The position numbers were made by a program, and so were the translations under genes. From Octopus bimaculoides (lineage: Eukaryota), in the NCBI RefSeq assembly GCF_001194135.2, contig NC_068997.1, positions 33,115,796 through 33,171,850 on the forward strand: a stretch of 56,055 nucleotides of DNA, written 5' to 3'. Positions 1-11,349 of this stretch are shown piece after piece. Under the pieces are notes generated by a model. The model was given only the letters and a program-made list of their open reading frames with translations, was not told the DNA's origin and did not search any database. Numbering within the stretch: position 1 is the stretch's first letter; the number at the start of each line of letters is the position of its first letter.

Positions 1-547
1 CCGAGTATATGTGTGGAGACAGCCAAAAGAAGCATTTGACCCAGACTGCTTTCTTCCAACTGTTAAACATGGAGGAGGATCTGTGATGATCTGAGGGGCT
101 ATATCTTGGAAATCTGCCGGCCCAATGGTTTCCCTTCATGGCAGAACTAATAGTCAAAACTATTTAAGCATTTTATCTGATCAAATTCATTCTATGTTTG
201 CGAAACTGTTTCCAGATGGAAACGCAATCTTACACCAATTCACACAGCTAAAGTTGTTACTGAATGGCACGAGGAACATTCTAGTGGAGTTGAACATCTT
301 ATCTGGCCACCACAGTCCCCAGATCTCAATATTATTGAACATTTATGGTGCATTTTAGAAAAACAATTACTGTAGACTGTTTTAGCTGAAGAAAGGCCAA
401 AAATTCCTTTGGCAACAATTCAAACTTTTCATGAGTACATACTTCGTAGAATTCAAGCTGTAATTACTGGCAAAGGCGGTCCTGCCCCATATTAAAATAA
501 ATTTGTTTAAAATTTTGAGGTGTTTCCATTATTTTGTTCAGCCCCTG
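1..547 (+). mobile_element. Tc1-family DNA transposon, 3' part (decayed transposase plus right TIR)
   Basis: Translates to VWRQPKEAFDPDCFLPTVKHGGGSVMI*GAISW...WPPQSPDLNIIEHLW. It ends in a TIR whose reverse complement is CAGGGGCTGAACAAAATAATGGAAACACC, followed by TA (548-549). In-frame stop and deletion of the QDDN motif. Confidence 0.9.
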
Positions 548-620
548 TATATGCGCGCGCGTGTGTTTATGTATGTGAATGCATGTGCATAAATGTATGT
601 CTGAATATATGCATATATAT

Positions 621-670
621 GGCTGTGTGGTAAGAAGCTTGCTTGCCAACCACACGGTTCCGGGTTCAGT
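621..670 (+). mobile_element. tRNA-derived SINE head (family B), truncated
   Basis: GGCTGTGTGGTAAGAAGCTTGCTTGCCAACCACACGGTTCCGGGTTCAGT has A/B-box-like motifs and matches copies at about 19783, 32863, 36109 and 37219. Confidence 0.65.
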
Positions 671-696
671 AAAAGATAAAAAATATATAAAGTAAC

Positions 697-741
<45 letters not shown>

Positions 742-751
742 NNNNNNNNNN

Positions 752-794
<43 letters not shown>

Positions 795-963
795 ACACAT
801 GAGATCCAGAGATTCCCAAGATAGAAAACAGTTGCGCTCAAATGATTTGAATTTATACTTCGTAAACTTTACCAAGTAATCGACTTAATTCCTTTGTCTC
901 CTTGTTTGTCCCCTCTATGTTTAACCCCCTGTGGGCAATAAAGAAATAAATATATAAATGTCT

Positions 964-1178
964 TAAGGCAGCGAGCTGGCGGAAACGTTAGCACACCAGG
1001 CAAAATGATTGGAGGCATTTCGTCTGTCTTTACGTTCTGAGTTCAAACTCCACCGACGTCGAATTTGCCTTTCATCCTTTCGGGGTCGATAAATTAAGTA
1101 CCGGTTGCGTACTGGGGTCGACCTAATCGACTGGCCCCCTCCCCAAAAACTTCGGGCCTTCTGCTTAGAGTAGAAAAG
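964..1178 (+). mobile_element. SINE family A with 15-bp target-site duplication
   Basis: Body GGCAGCGAGCTGGCGGAAACGTTAGCAC...GTTCAAACTCC...GGGGTCGATAAATTAAGTACC is flanked by AATATATAAATGTCT at 949-963 and 1179-1193. Confidence 0.85.
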
Positions 1179-1193
1179 AATATATAAATGTCT

Positions 1194-1381
1194 ATAGGGC
1201 GGTGAGTTGGCAGAATTGTTAACACGCAGGGCGAAATGCTTAGCGGTATTTCGTCTGCCGTTATGTTCTGAGTTCAAATTCCGCCGAGGTCGACTTTGAA
1301 TTTCATTCTTTCGGAGTCGATTAAATAAGTACCAGTTACGCACTAGGGTTGATGTAATCGACTTAATCCCTTTGTCTGTCC
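1194..1381 (+). mobile_element. SINE family A, running into gap
   Basis: Same body as 964-1178 (GGCGGTGAGTTGGCAGAATTGTTAAC...GTTCAAATTCCGCCGAGGTCGAC). A matching tail fragment also lies at about 872-948. Confidence 0.85.
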
Positions 1382-2579
1382 NNNNNNNNNNNNNNNNNNN
1401 NNNNNNNNNNNNNNNNNNNNNNNNNNNNNNNNNNNNNNNNNNNNNNNNNNNNNNNNNNNNNNNNNNNNNNNNNNNNNNNNNNNNNNNNNNNNNNNNNNNN
1501 NNNNNNNNNNNNNNNNNNNNNNNNNNNNNNNNNNNNNNNNNNNNNNNNNNNNNNNNNNNNNNNNNNNNNNNNNNNNNNNNNNNNNNNNNNNNNNNNNNNN
1601 NNNNNNNNNNNNNNNNNNNNNNNNNNNNNNNNNNNNNNNNNNNNNNNNNNNNNNNNNNNNNNNNNATATATATATATATATATATATATACATTTGAAGA
1701 AAAGCAACAAAAATTCAATAGGTTATAGCAGTACGTACGTTTCGTACAGACTTCATTTATTCATGTAGTGAGAACACTACATAAAATGTGTAATGAAAAC
1801 GTACCCCTCAGTTGCATAATGGAATTTCATTTTAGAAAGTCATTTTGTAGATGTGTGCAAAAAACAAGAGTAAGAGAAGAAAAAATACCATCTTGACTGG
1901 GCTGCCATTCAACAGTCTAGTGAATCAAACAAGAATTTAATTTCTATATATAGAAATTAAATATATATTAAATATATTTCTATATATATTAAATACATTT
2001 CTGAGTGCAGATTTCGCCGAGGTCATTTTTATCTAATCAGCTAGTTCCTTCCCCAAAAATTTCAGACATTGGGGCAGTAGCAAACAGGAATCCACATCAC
2101 CCCGGCTCCGGTATTTCTACAACAAATATTATTGGTAAATTAATCATTTAAAACAAATATCAAGAATTGGATTAAATTATATTTTATGGAATAACATTAA
2201 ATTATATTTCATAAATTAGAACTTGTTTAAAAAAAAAAGACAAAACTTTCAAGTAACTAAATACAGAAAATTACTAGATTGCCAATATGTATGATCGATC
2301 ACTAACGTAGCAAGTCACATGTAGTTGTGAATATCTAACATAAAATTGGAAGTATTAGAGAATTATATATGGTTAATTTGCTAATGAGTGAGAAATTGGG
2401 AAATTTTATTACAGAAAATTGTAGTAAAACTCTGTTAAGACCGTTTAGAGAGTTATTTAAGTAAAATTACAATAAACATATGCGAATGATAAGATAATTC
2501 ATTTAGACGTGTGCATCTCCCTAGCAATCTATACTTATCTGCTATATATATTTAGACATACACACACTCACACCCACAC

Positions 2580-2624
<45 letters not shown>

Positions 2625-2698
2625 TACATATATACATGTATATGCATATACACGTATATATTCATGTACACACATATATATGAGTATGTGTATGTGTA

Positions 2699-3632
2699 CG
2701 AGGTGGTATAAAAAAGTTTCCCGGACTAGTTTCGTAGCGCGCCAACAGATGGTAGCACACTGTTGCGCGCGCAGTGAGATGTAGTAGTGACTGTCATGAG
2801 GCAGTGTACCCAGTGACATCAGTGTGTTTACTTCGTAAAGTTGTGAGCTTTGTATTTTCGTGATCAGGTGTATACTGTAGTCAGCGATTTTTGTCATGGG
2901 GAAGAAGTTGGAACAAATAGCCAACGTAGAATTTTGCGTTAAACTTGGGAACTCTGGTATAGAGACATTGAGCATACTTTGGCAAGCTTACGGGGACGAG
3001 GCAATAGGTCGTACGCAATATTTCGAGTGACACCTGCGCATTCAAAAGTGGAAGAACGTTCCTGGAAGACGATGAACGATCTGGAAGACCTGCCACGAGC
3101 GTCACCCTCGGAAATATGGCATTATGCATCGAGAATTCGTCCCCAAAGGCCAGACTGTCAATCAAAAGTTCTTCTGAGGTGTTTTGAAGCGTTTGAGAAA
3201 GGATATTCGACAAAAGCGACCGAATTTGTGGAGCACAAAGAATTGGATTCTTCACGATGACAATGCACCCTGTCACCGAGATCTCCTCACTCGTGAGATT
3301 CTCGCCTAAAAACAGCATGGTATCGTTTGCGCACCCGCCCTATTCGACAACTAACTAACGCCTGCCAACTTCCACTCTTCACCAAGATTAAAATGCAGCG
3401 CAAATCTTGCCGTTTTAACACCGTCGTCGAGATCCAGAGAGAATCGCAGAAGATCCTCTACTCGCTTACGGAAAACGACTTCCAGGCCGAATTCCAACAG
3501 TGGCAGAAATGCTGGGACCAGTTTATTGCTGCGCAACATGGCTATTTCGAAGGGGATGATGTTAAAATTTAGGTAAATAAGTTATCTTTCATTAAACATA
3601 TCTAGACCGGGAACTTTTTTGATACAACCTCG
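2699..3632 (+). mobile_element. mariner (DD34D-type) transposon with internal deletion
   Basis: About 30-bp TIRs (CGAGGTGGTATAAAAAAGTTTCCCGGACTAG / CTAGACCGGGAACTTTTTTGATACAACCTCG) with TA on both sides. Decayed ORF motifs QAYGDEAIGR, LEDDERSGRP, LHDDNAPCH, HPPYS, KCIAAQHGYFEG-like C-terminus (WDQFIAAQHGYFEG). Confidence 0.92.
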
Positions 3633-5099
3633 TATGTAGGTAGGTAGGTAGGGAGGGAGGNNNNNNNNNNNNNNNNNNNNNNNNNNNNNNNNNNNNNNNN
3701 NNNNNNNNNNNNNNNNNNNNNNNNNNNNNNNNNNNNNNNNNNGGGAACTTTTTTGATACAACCTCGTATGTAGGTAGGTAGGTAGGGAGGGAGGGAGATG
3801 AAGGGAGAAAGATATGTACATATGTATGCTTTCTTGTATTTATGTGTATGTGTGCGTATGTAAGTTAACTGGATCCGCCAGACTTTGCGGAAGAAATATT
3901 CTTGATTAAACGGAGAGGAAGACGGCTGCTGCAACGCATTGTGGAGGGCAGAGAGCAAGATGAGACAAGTAAGACATTTTGGTCATCCATTGCATCTGAC
4001 CCCATCCCTTAGTTGTCTTGACTTGCGTTTGTCACGGACGAGAAGGTGAGGTTTATGGTGCGCAACTCACCTTCTTCACCTGAAGCAAAATCACTTCACA
4101 AGTCATCAGTGATCCTTAAGGATTGCTAGATCGTCCTCGTCGCTCCGACGGGCGAACATGGAAAATGTAAGAAATGTATCAATCGATCAAACAATTTAAA
4201 ACGTCTCCATCGACGAAGACTAAAGCAACAACACGCCCAAATCTCATTCTGAAGCAGCTATTAGTTTATTTGAAAATTTATAATCTCTAGAAAATGGTGG
4301 GCGGATGTATATGAAGAATACACTTTTGATTAAAACTTCCATTTACATACTTCAAATAAAATCTTATTTCTTTTGACAGTAATTGCAAATACCAATTTAT
4401 ACAGGACACAAAGCAAGTAGTCCTCTTTTCTATCTATCAAGAAATTATTATTGGACTTATTTGTGGACAATGAAATGTCAAAATGTCGGAATGAAAATTG
4501 AAGCTTTAACATTTTTTTCTGGACAAAATCCAGAGGGACATTTTATATAAACAATTATAACTCTACATTTCTGCAGAAACAATGCAGGAAACTTATTTCT
4601 CTCCAGTCATTTGATGCCAGTCCTTCTGATAGAATCGCTCTATATTACTGTAGTCCTAGTGACGCTACCACAAGTAAAGAGCTTTTACGCGAAACTTACA
4701 TTTCGAATTTGCTAACACCTTGTGTTCTGCATTACGTCACTCATGATTGTGCGTAAACGAGTCTATTTGTAGCAATTACTATTATTTCACAGAAATATAA
4801 TTGTGCCTTTCTTTCAAAAAAAAAAAGTATATATTTCAATAAGTATGCATTCGTTGTGTGTGTGTGGTGATGGGTGGGAGGGAATCATTCTGTTTTAATG
4901 CCGTATTAACACGCTCACCGGTTCAATTTCCACTTATTTGTTAATTTTTTCCTAAGATTTTACTTGCTTCTTGCAACCTCATCAATAGTTGTTCACTGTC
5001 CGTTATCGGAGCTGCGCTCTGTTTGTTTGTTTGTGTGTTTGTTCGTGTGCATGTGTGTGCGTCAGTGTGCATGCGTATACACATATGCATGTATGCATG

Positions 5100-8000
5100 T
5101 GTGAGAGAGGGTCCTACTGCATGAACTGTAAAATACCACCGTACTACACGAAAGGGACAGATTTATGACGCACATCCAACAAGAATCCTGCCAGATAAAC
5201 CACGCCTGTAACAAACACTTTGACAACAAACTCGGATGAAACAGCAGCAGCAGCAACGATCTCAGCAGAGCAAGAATCAACACAGGTACCCAAGCAATAT
5301 TGACGGGATCATGGTGTNNNNNNNNNNNNNNNNNNNNNNNNNNNNNNNNNNNNNNNNNNNNNNNNNNNNNGGTACTGAAAACCAATGCCACCACCAACAA
5401 TAACAACATCGATTACACCCCTGGAATATACGGTGTAATACAACTAGATACGGATGACGTGCATGCCTTAGAGTTACCACCAAAATTCACAACATATAAG
5501 AAAGTCAGAAAAATTGATTGTCTATCTGAGAAAGCAAGAAACGTTCTTAAAAATAAGATGGAGGTTAGGACAATACAACAACACAAACAAGCGATACCAA
5601 AACTACAACAACAATAGCAATGTTAATGACAACAACAATACAGGCAATAACAACAATGATAACCACAACATCCCCCACACGAACAACTATAACGACAACA
5701 CAAACAAACGAAACCAAAGCAACAACAATAGCGATGATAATAACAACAATGACAATAACAACAACACCCGACTCACAGACAGCAATACCGAATGCCGCCA
5801 TCAGCACCAGCACCACCCACAACAAGAACAACAACCACAACAACAACAATAACAACAATGAACACAACACAAGCACCACCACCACCACCACCACCACCAC
5901 CAGCAGCAACAACAATGCCAGCAGCCATAACAACAGCAACCACAACGATAATAACACCAGTAGCACCCTACACTCTGCCTTCAATAACCCCAACAACAAA
6001 TCATACAATATGACGAGGATCTACCTCACAGATATACCCTTTAATAAAAGGATATGTATTCCACCACTGACTGACAGTGAGACAGAGGCAAAGATTTCCT
6101 TAGCTAGAAATAGACTCCGACACGACTTAGACGGGTACAACAAAACCACTAATAAACATGAGGGGGAGACCCACCAACTCAGGCCTACAAAAACTGAAAC
6201 AGTGAATTAAGAACAGAGAACTAGTGTACCTCCCTACGGACAACTCTGACAGACTGTCGATAGACAGCCCACAGGTCTATGTCCAGACCATGCAACAACA
6301 CATAGTAGCATGAGAGAAGTTGCACCACAGGAACATGAAAGAGTGGAAAAATTCCTCAATGTACACATGGGAATGTGGTGCAACATACCCCAACCCAAGA
6401 AACAGACTGCATAAAATTTCCAAGCATTCAACAACGATGTTCCTGCGCTATAGTGGTTACATAAGGATCATAAACCCTACGTAAAACCTGTTATGGGGGC
6501 CCCAATCGGCCAGTTTGTGGAGCAAATATCTCCAGCAATTAGAGGCTATCCTACTTCCTCTCACAAGTGTTACCACCACTCAGTGAAATGTCCCTGGATG
6601 TCTGTGAGCACGGAGATTCTCCTCAGTAGAATTAGTAGTTGCAACTGCTCCAACGACCTTGCAGGTTGTGTAGTAGGTGGTAGTAGGTGGTAGTAGGTGG
6701 TAGTAGGTGGTATAGATGTAAATTTTTCTGTGGAAAATACATTGAGATTACATGTGAGAGAAAAGTAGAGTTCTGAGGAAGTCAACACAAGGGAACTGGC
6801 CCTCCTTAAACTAAGCTATGACTGTAACTACCTAGACAACCATAACCTTAGTAGATATGCCCCACCAGGTCACAGAGGGGAAGACCGCCCACCATCACCT
6901 CGGCGGCGAAAAAAGCACCGCAGAGCGCTGGAGTGGCTGGACCACACCCACGCAAGACTCTGAGAACAACAGTCAGGTGAAAAGAATGATTGCACATGCA
7001 ATAGGGGCTAGCATAAGAACTACCTTGAAGAACCACATAGTAAAGTTTAATAGGAAACTAAACATGCAGTTTCAAGGTGCAGTCATTGGGATCAGTCTTG
7101 CGGGAGATTTGGCTGGTCTCTTTCATGACCTGGTGAAACAGAAAACTTAAACAATCCTTAGCTGAACAATACACAACTGTTTTGCTTTACTGTAGGTATT
7201 CAGATGACATTAATATTCTAGTTAGGACAAACTCTAGTAACTGTAGTGTAGAAACCGAGAGGAGTATAACGGAGAGCAGCCAGCACGTAGCTCGCTCCAT
7301 CCACCAAAATATCATGGTAACTATAGATTACTCTTCTTGGCACCCCAACAATCAACTCCCTGTCCTTGATACTGAACTTTAGCTAGAGACTGTCAACAAC
7401 AGAGTGTAGCTGTTCCACTCCTATTACATGTAACTCACAGCTTCTAAATAGGTTGTTCATAAGAACTCAGCTTTGTCAACAACATGAAAATCAACATATT
7501 GATAGCAGATAATGAATAACGAACCCTGTGAAATGCGAACCTTGTGAAACAAAGAAACATGTACACCGCATGCAATTATCTGGATATCACTAGAAAGATA
7601 GGATTTGGGTATACAGGGGAGCTAGAAAGAAGTTAGATGGTATTATATGTAGTGAAACCAGTGGTAGCTGCCCTAGATAAAGAAGTAAAGACTGGAATAA
7701 GATACAAAGAGTTTGTGACTAAACAAACAGGGTGAACACGTGGTACAAGGCCGACAGATATCAAGGAGTGGAGTTTGTAGAGGCCACAGCCCATGGAGAA
7801 CTAGCCCGTAGGTTTAGAAAAATTCTGAAGGAGACCAAATTCAACATTAATGCCGTTGAAAACCCAGGGAGATCCATCAGATCACAGTTATGTAGGACGT
7901 GCCCCTTTGAGAATACTACACGCACCAATGAAAACTGCATGGTATGTAAGATTAACCCTGGCTTTAACTGTTGTACTAGAAATGTAATCTACAGCATGAG

Positions 8001-8270
8001 GTGCATAGAAGATACTTGTAAAAATAAGAATATGGCATACATTGATGAGACATCTAGAAGCATTGCGGGGAGGTTAAATGAACATCTGAGACAATATGAC
8101 GACAAAAACACTTATCCATACTCTACCAATATGCCAAAGACCAACATGGAGGCTAACTGGGTCGAGGTGACATCCGCATTTTATCCAACCACCCGAAGAA
8201 CCCAACACTCAAACAAATACACGTCCGCATAAATGAAGCATCTCCAGGACTAAATAGGAGTTATACGTTG
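5100..8270 (+). mobile_element. Penelope-like retroelement, Neptune-type (RT plus Cys-rich linker plus GIY-YIG), pseudogenised
   Basis: Motifs LELPPKFTTY, TDIPFNKRI, LHKDHKP, GAVIGISLAGD, RYSDD (7197-7208), HRMQLSGY, NTWYK, CMVCK..CCTRNVIYSMRC...AYIDETSRSIAGRLNEH. Many stops and frameshifts. Confidence 0.88.
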
Positions 8271-8517
8271 AAGGTAGTGATACCCCAATACCCACAGTTC
8301 ATACATACATATATATATATTCAATAACTATAACTATAGAGAATATGGAGACCGGAACATCCTCAAAATTTATTCCTTTTATTTTACAATGATATGGAGC
8401 ATTTTCGTAAATGCTTTTATGAGCGAGTGTACACGGGCAATGCAGCTTGCGCGAGGGCGTTTATACACCCTTATCTGTTAACGGCTATTTTTAATACTTT
8501 TCTCCCTGTATATACAA

Positions 8518-8564
<47 letters not shown>

Positions 8565-9689
8565 TATATATACATACGCATATACATACACGTGTTCGTT
8601 TCTTTTTTGCATCTGTGGTTTGATTTGATTTTTAATCTTCTATATAAATGAAGATGTATCCTTTGTTTTGCTGCTTTTCTTTCTATGAAATGAGAAGATA
8701 TATTTTGGAACAGTTATTTTAACGAGTTATATCTATTTATCACCCGAAGAGACACATCTGCACCGTTGGGTAGCAAATTTCTGACCATACAGTGTATAAG
8801 TTGTGTTAATTGATATTTTGAATAAATAGTTAACAAAGAACCAGAAAAAAATGTGTCGATCACGCAGCAAATTAGAAACTGCACAATTTTTAATAGGTGT
8901 CGATGTAGAACGGATGTTAGGTGGAACTTCAACTCCAGAAAAACAAAAGATAAAGATGATTACATTAAAAAAGAAAAAGAAAAAATAAAGTAGGATATAA
9001 AGAATGTTCTGGAAGGTGAAAGGGTAAAATAATAGAAGATGGAGGGAAAGAAAAAGGATAACAAAAGGAAGAATCTGAGAACAAAGAAGGTAGAATGACG
9101 ATGAATGGGGGAAGACAGAGGAAAGGAAAGGAATAATAAAAGGAGTGTAGTAGCAAGAACAAAGAAGGAGTAAAGATGAATAGAAAAATAGAGGCAAAAC
9201 AATAAAAAGAGAAGGAAAAATGAAGGTAATGAAGAAGAAAAGAAGAAAAAATATCAGACAGAAACGATTAGAGGTTAGTTGCTAGTCATGAAGCGTTATA
9301 ATTATAGGATTTTCACAAAGTCTTCTAAGAAATTATAGACTATATTATATATAGGAAATTTATATCTACACATAAACGTATAAAGGCTGAACAGGCGCAT
9401 GTTTGTGTGAGTGTATATACAAATACACACACACACACACACACATGTATATATACATACACATGCACCTATGTATGTATGCATGTATGTGTGTATGTAT
9501 GTATGTATGTATGCATGTATATATGTGTGTATGCATGTGTATATATATTTTATTGATATCAAAATAATTGTCATTTCTCTTATTTATAACTTTGATACTT
9601 ATACGAGAATAAATTTTTATTTATGTTTATGTAAAACACCATTTTATAGAGCACGTTTCGACTCATTCGGGTTTATTTTCAATTATTGT

Positions 9690-10275
9690 TAAATTTAGGA
9701 TGGGGAAAAACGGAAATTCGTTCGATTTCATTGCAAGACTTCAAAATGGAACGCAAAATAACGGAAACTCGTAATATCAGCTTTGAATTTAAGGCAGCGA
9801 GCTGGCAGTAACGTGAGCACGCCGGGCCAAATGCTTAGCGGTATTTCGTCTGTCTTTATGTTCTGAGTTCAAATTCCGCCGAGGTCAACTTTGCCTTTCA
9901 TCCTTTCGGGGTCGATAAATTAAGTACCAGTTGCGTACTGGGGTCGATCTAATCGACTATTCCCCTCCTCTTGTACCTGGAGTCGAAAAGAAAAGAATAT
10001 CAGCCTTGAATTTGGTTAATCGATAATAAATCAGCTTGGTTCCAAAGCCTTCGCAGTAGTATTTTATAGGTGAAGAAGGCTTCGGATGATTTGCTGTTAA
10101 CAATTACGAGCTAAAGCCCTTAATTGGAGTGGAGCCCTGCAAAACAACCCATGACGTTGCAGGAGAATTAAATGTTGACCATTCAAGAGTTCTTCTTCGT
10201 CATTTGCGCCTCATTGGAAACTTAAAATGCTCTCGATAACTGGATGCTACACGAGATGAACGAGAAACACAAATG
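9690..10275 (+). mobile_element. mariner transposase N-terminal remnant, interrupted by a SINE
   Basis: MGKTEIRSISLQDFKMERKITETRN...ELKPLIGVEPCKTTHDVAGELNVDHS..HLRLIG..LDNWMLHEMNEK resembles the mariner HTH region and WVPHEL linker. Confidence 0.7.
9791..9995 (+). mobile_element. SINE family A with 18-bp TSD
   Basis: Family A body flanked by AATATCAGCTTTGAATTT (9773-9790) and AATATCAGCCTTGAATTT (9996-10013), 17/18 identical. Confidence 0.9.
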
Positions 10276-11349
10276 AAGTCCAGTGCAAAATTTGTAACGG
10301 CTATTTTTATGTGTCTCCTTTATCTCGCGTAGCATCCGTTTATCGAGAATATTTTTACCTTCCAATAAGGTGCAAATGTCGAAGAATAACTACGTTAGTT
10401 TTACTATACATAACACTGATAAAGGGGATTAAACCACTCGTAGTGCATTTACAGCGTCTATATTGGGGTTTGAGGATAATTTGAAATATAAAGTATACGT
10501 TTTTGAATAAACATTATTTTTGTCCCACTCTGAAATGTAAGGAGGTTTTATCTCTTCACCATTTTTCGCAATTGAAATATAGAACACACATTGAATAAAC
10601 GCGTATTCCCAGAAATATGAGAAGGAATGTGAAATATGTTCTCAAGTAAATGAGTTAATACATGGTAAAAAAAAAACTGTACCAAAGCGAGAATATTATT
10701 AGAATATTTATGAGAAATTATTAATTAGAATATTATTAGAATATTTATGAGAAATTATCAGAATATTTCCCAAAGAAAATTTACATAGTTCGTTTTTAAT
10801 ATAGTGACTATATTTTGATTACACAAACCTACGAGAATGTACGTATAATGCATAGCGTTCAGTTATTTTCCATCCACAACGATCTGTCCCACGTCTAAAG
10901 CAACAAACAGCATTTCGGGAAAAAATTCTCTCTTCTGCCACATGCACTTGATGCCTGTAACACTGACAAATGTCACTGCTCAAGTAGCTGTTGACTAGCT
11001 TTGGAATTTCTGCCAGACCGTTGTTCTAGCAACATTTTAGCAATAGTTAATAGCAATACCGCACAGGCAAATATATTCAGAAGGTCAGCGAGCACATCAT
11101 GACTTAAGTCGTGATATTTGTCACTCTCCATGTAAAATGAATGCGCCACTAATGGAAATCAATAAGTTGAAACAGTTGTTTGTCCTGCGATGACCCGGAA
11201 GTTTGCTTTCCAAATGTCGTTCGTTGCTTTATTGTGTGATATACACACACAAGTGGACACACAGACACACAAAAACATAAACATGTATAAGTATAAGTAT
11301 GCTCGTATCCAGATTATTAATCGCATCTCAGTTCGTAAACCATATCTTC

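Noticed and set aside
1763-1782. Hairpin ATGTAGTG-AGAA-CACTACAT
   Set aside because: An isolated 8-bp stem with no supporting context.
3743-3790. Second mariner right TIR after the gap
   Set aside because: It repeats 3609-3660 including the flanking GTAG repeat across an N gap, so most likely a duplicated contig end.
4021-4115. Minus-strand CTGATGA followed by two hairpins (hammerhead-like)
   Set aside because: The core reads GAAG instead of GAAA, there is no UH in register and stem I does not pair; only the GAAGGTGAG/CTCACCTTC hairpin is solid.
4510-4760. 81-codon ATG-less open frame with a CTGCAG acceptor-like site
   Set aside because: No recognisable domain or matching donor; length is within chance expectation.
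5565-6008. Very hydrophobic minus-strand ORF resembling a membrane protein
   Set aside because: It is simply the antisense of the AAC/ACC-rich tract inside the PLE.
8640-8705. ATGAAGA...GAAAT..ATA downstream of the first PLE as a possible decayed hammerhead
   Set aside because: C3 is missing and neither stem I nor stem II pairs convincingly.
10690-10758. Perfect 32-bp direct repeat with 37-bp period
   Set aside because: Two copies of AT-rich sequence; an ordinary local slippage duplication, not a CRISPR or satellite array.
11096-11202. 20-bp near-palindrome and a CCGGAAGT (ETS-like) motif suggesting a promoter
   Set aside because: Short motifs expected by chance in 56 kb, with no linked exon or transcript evidence.
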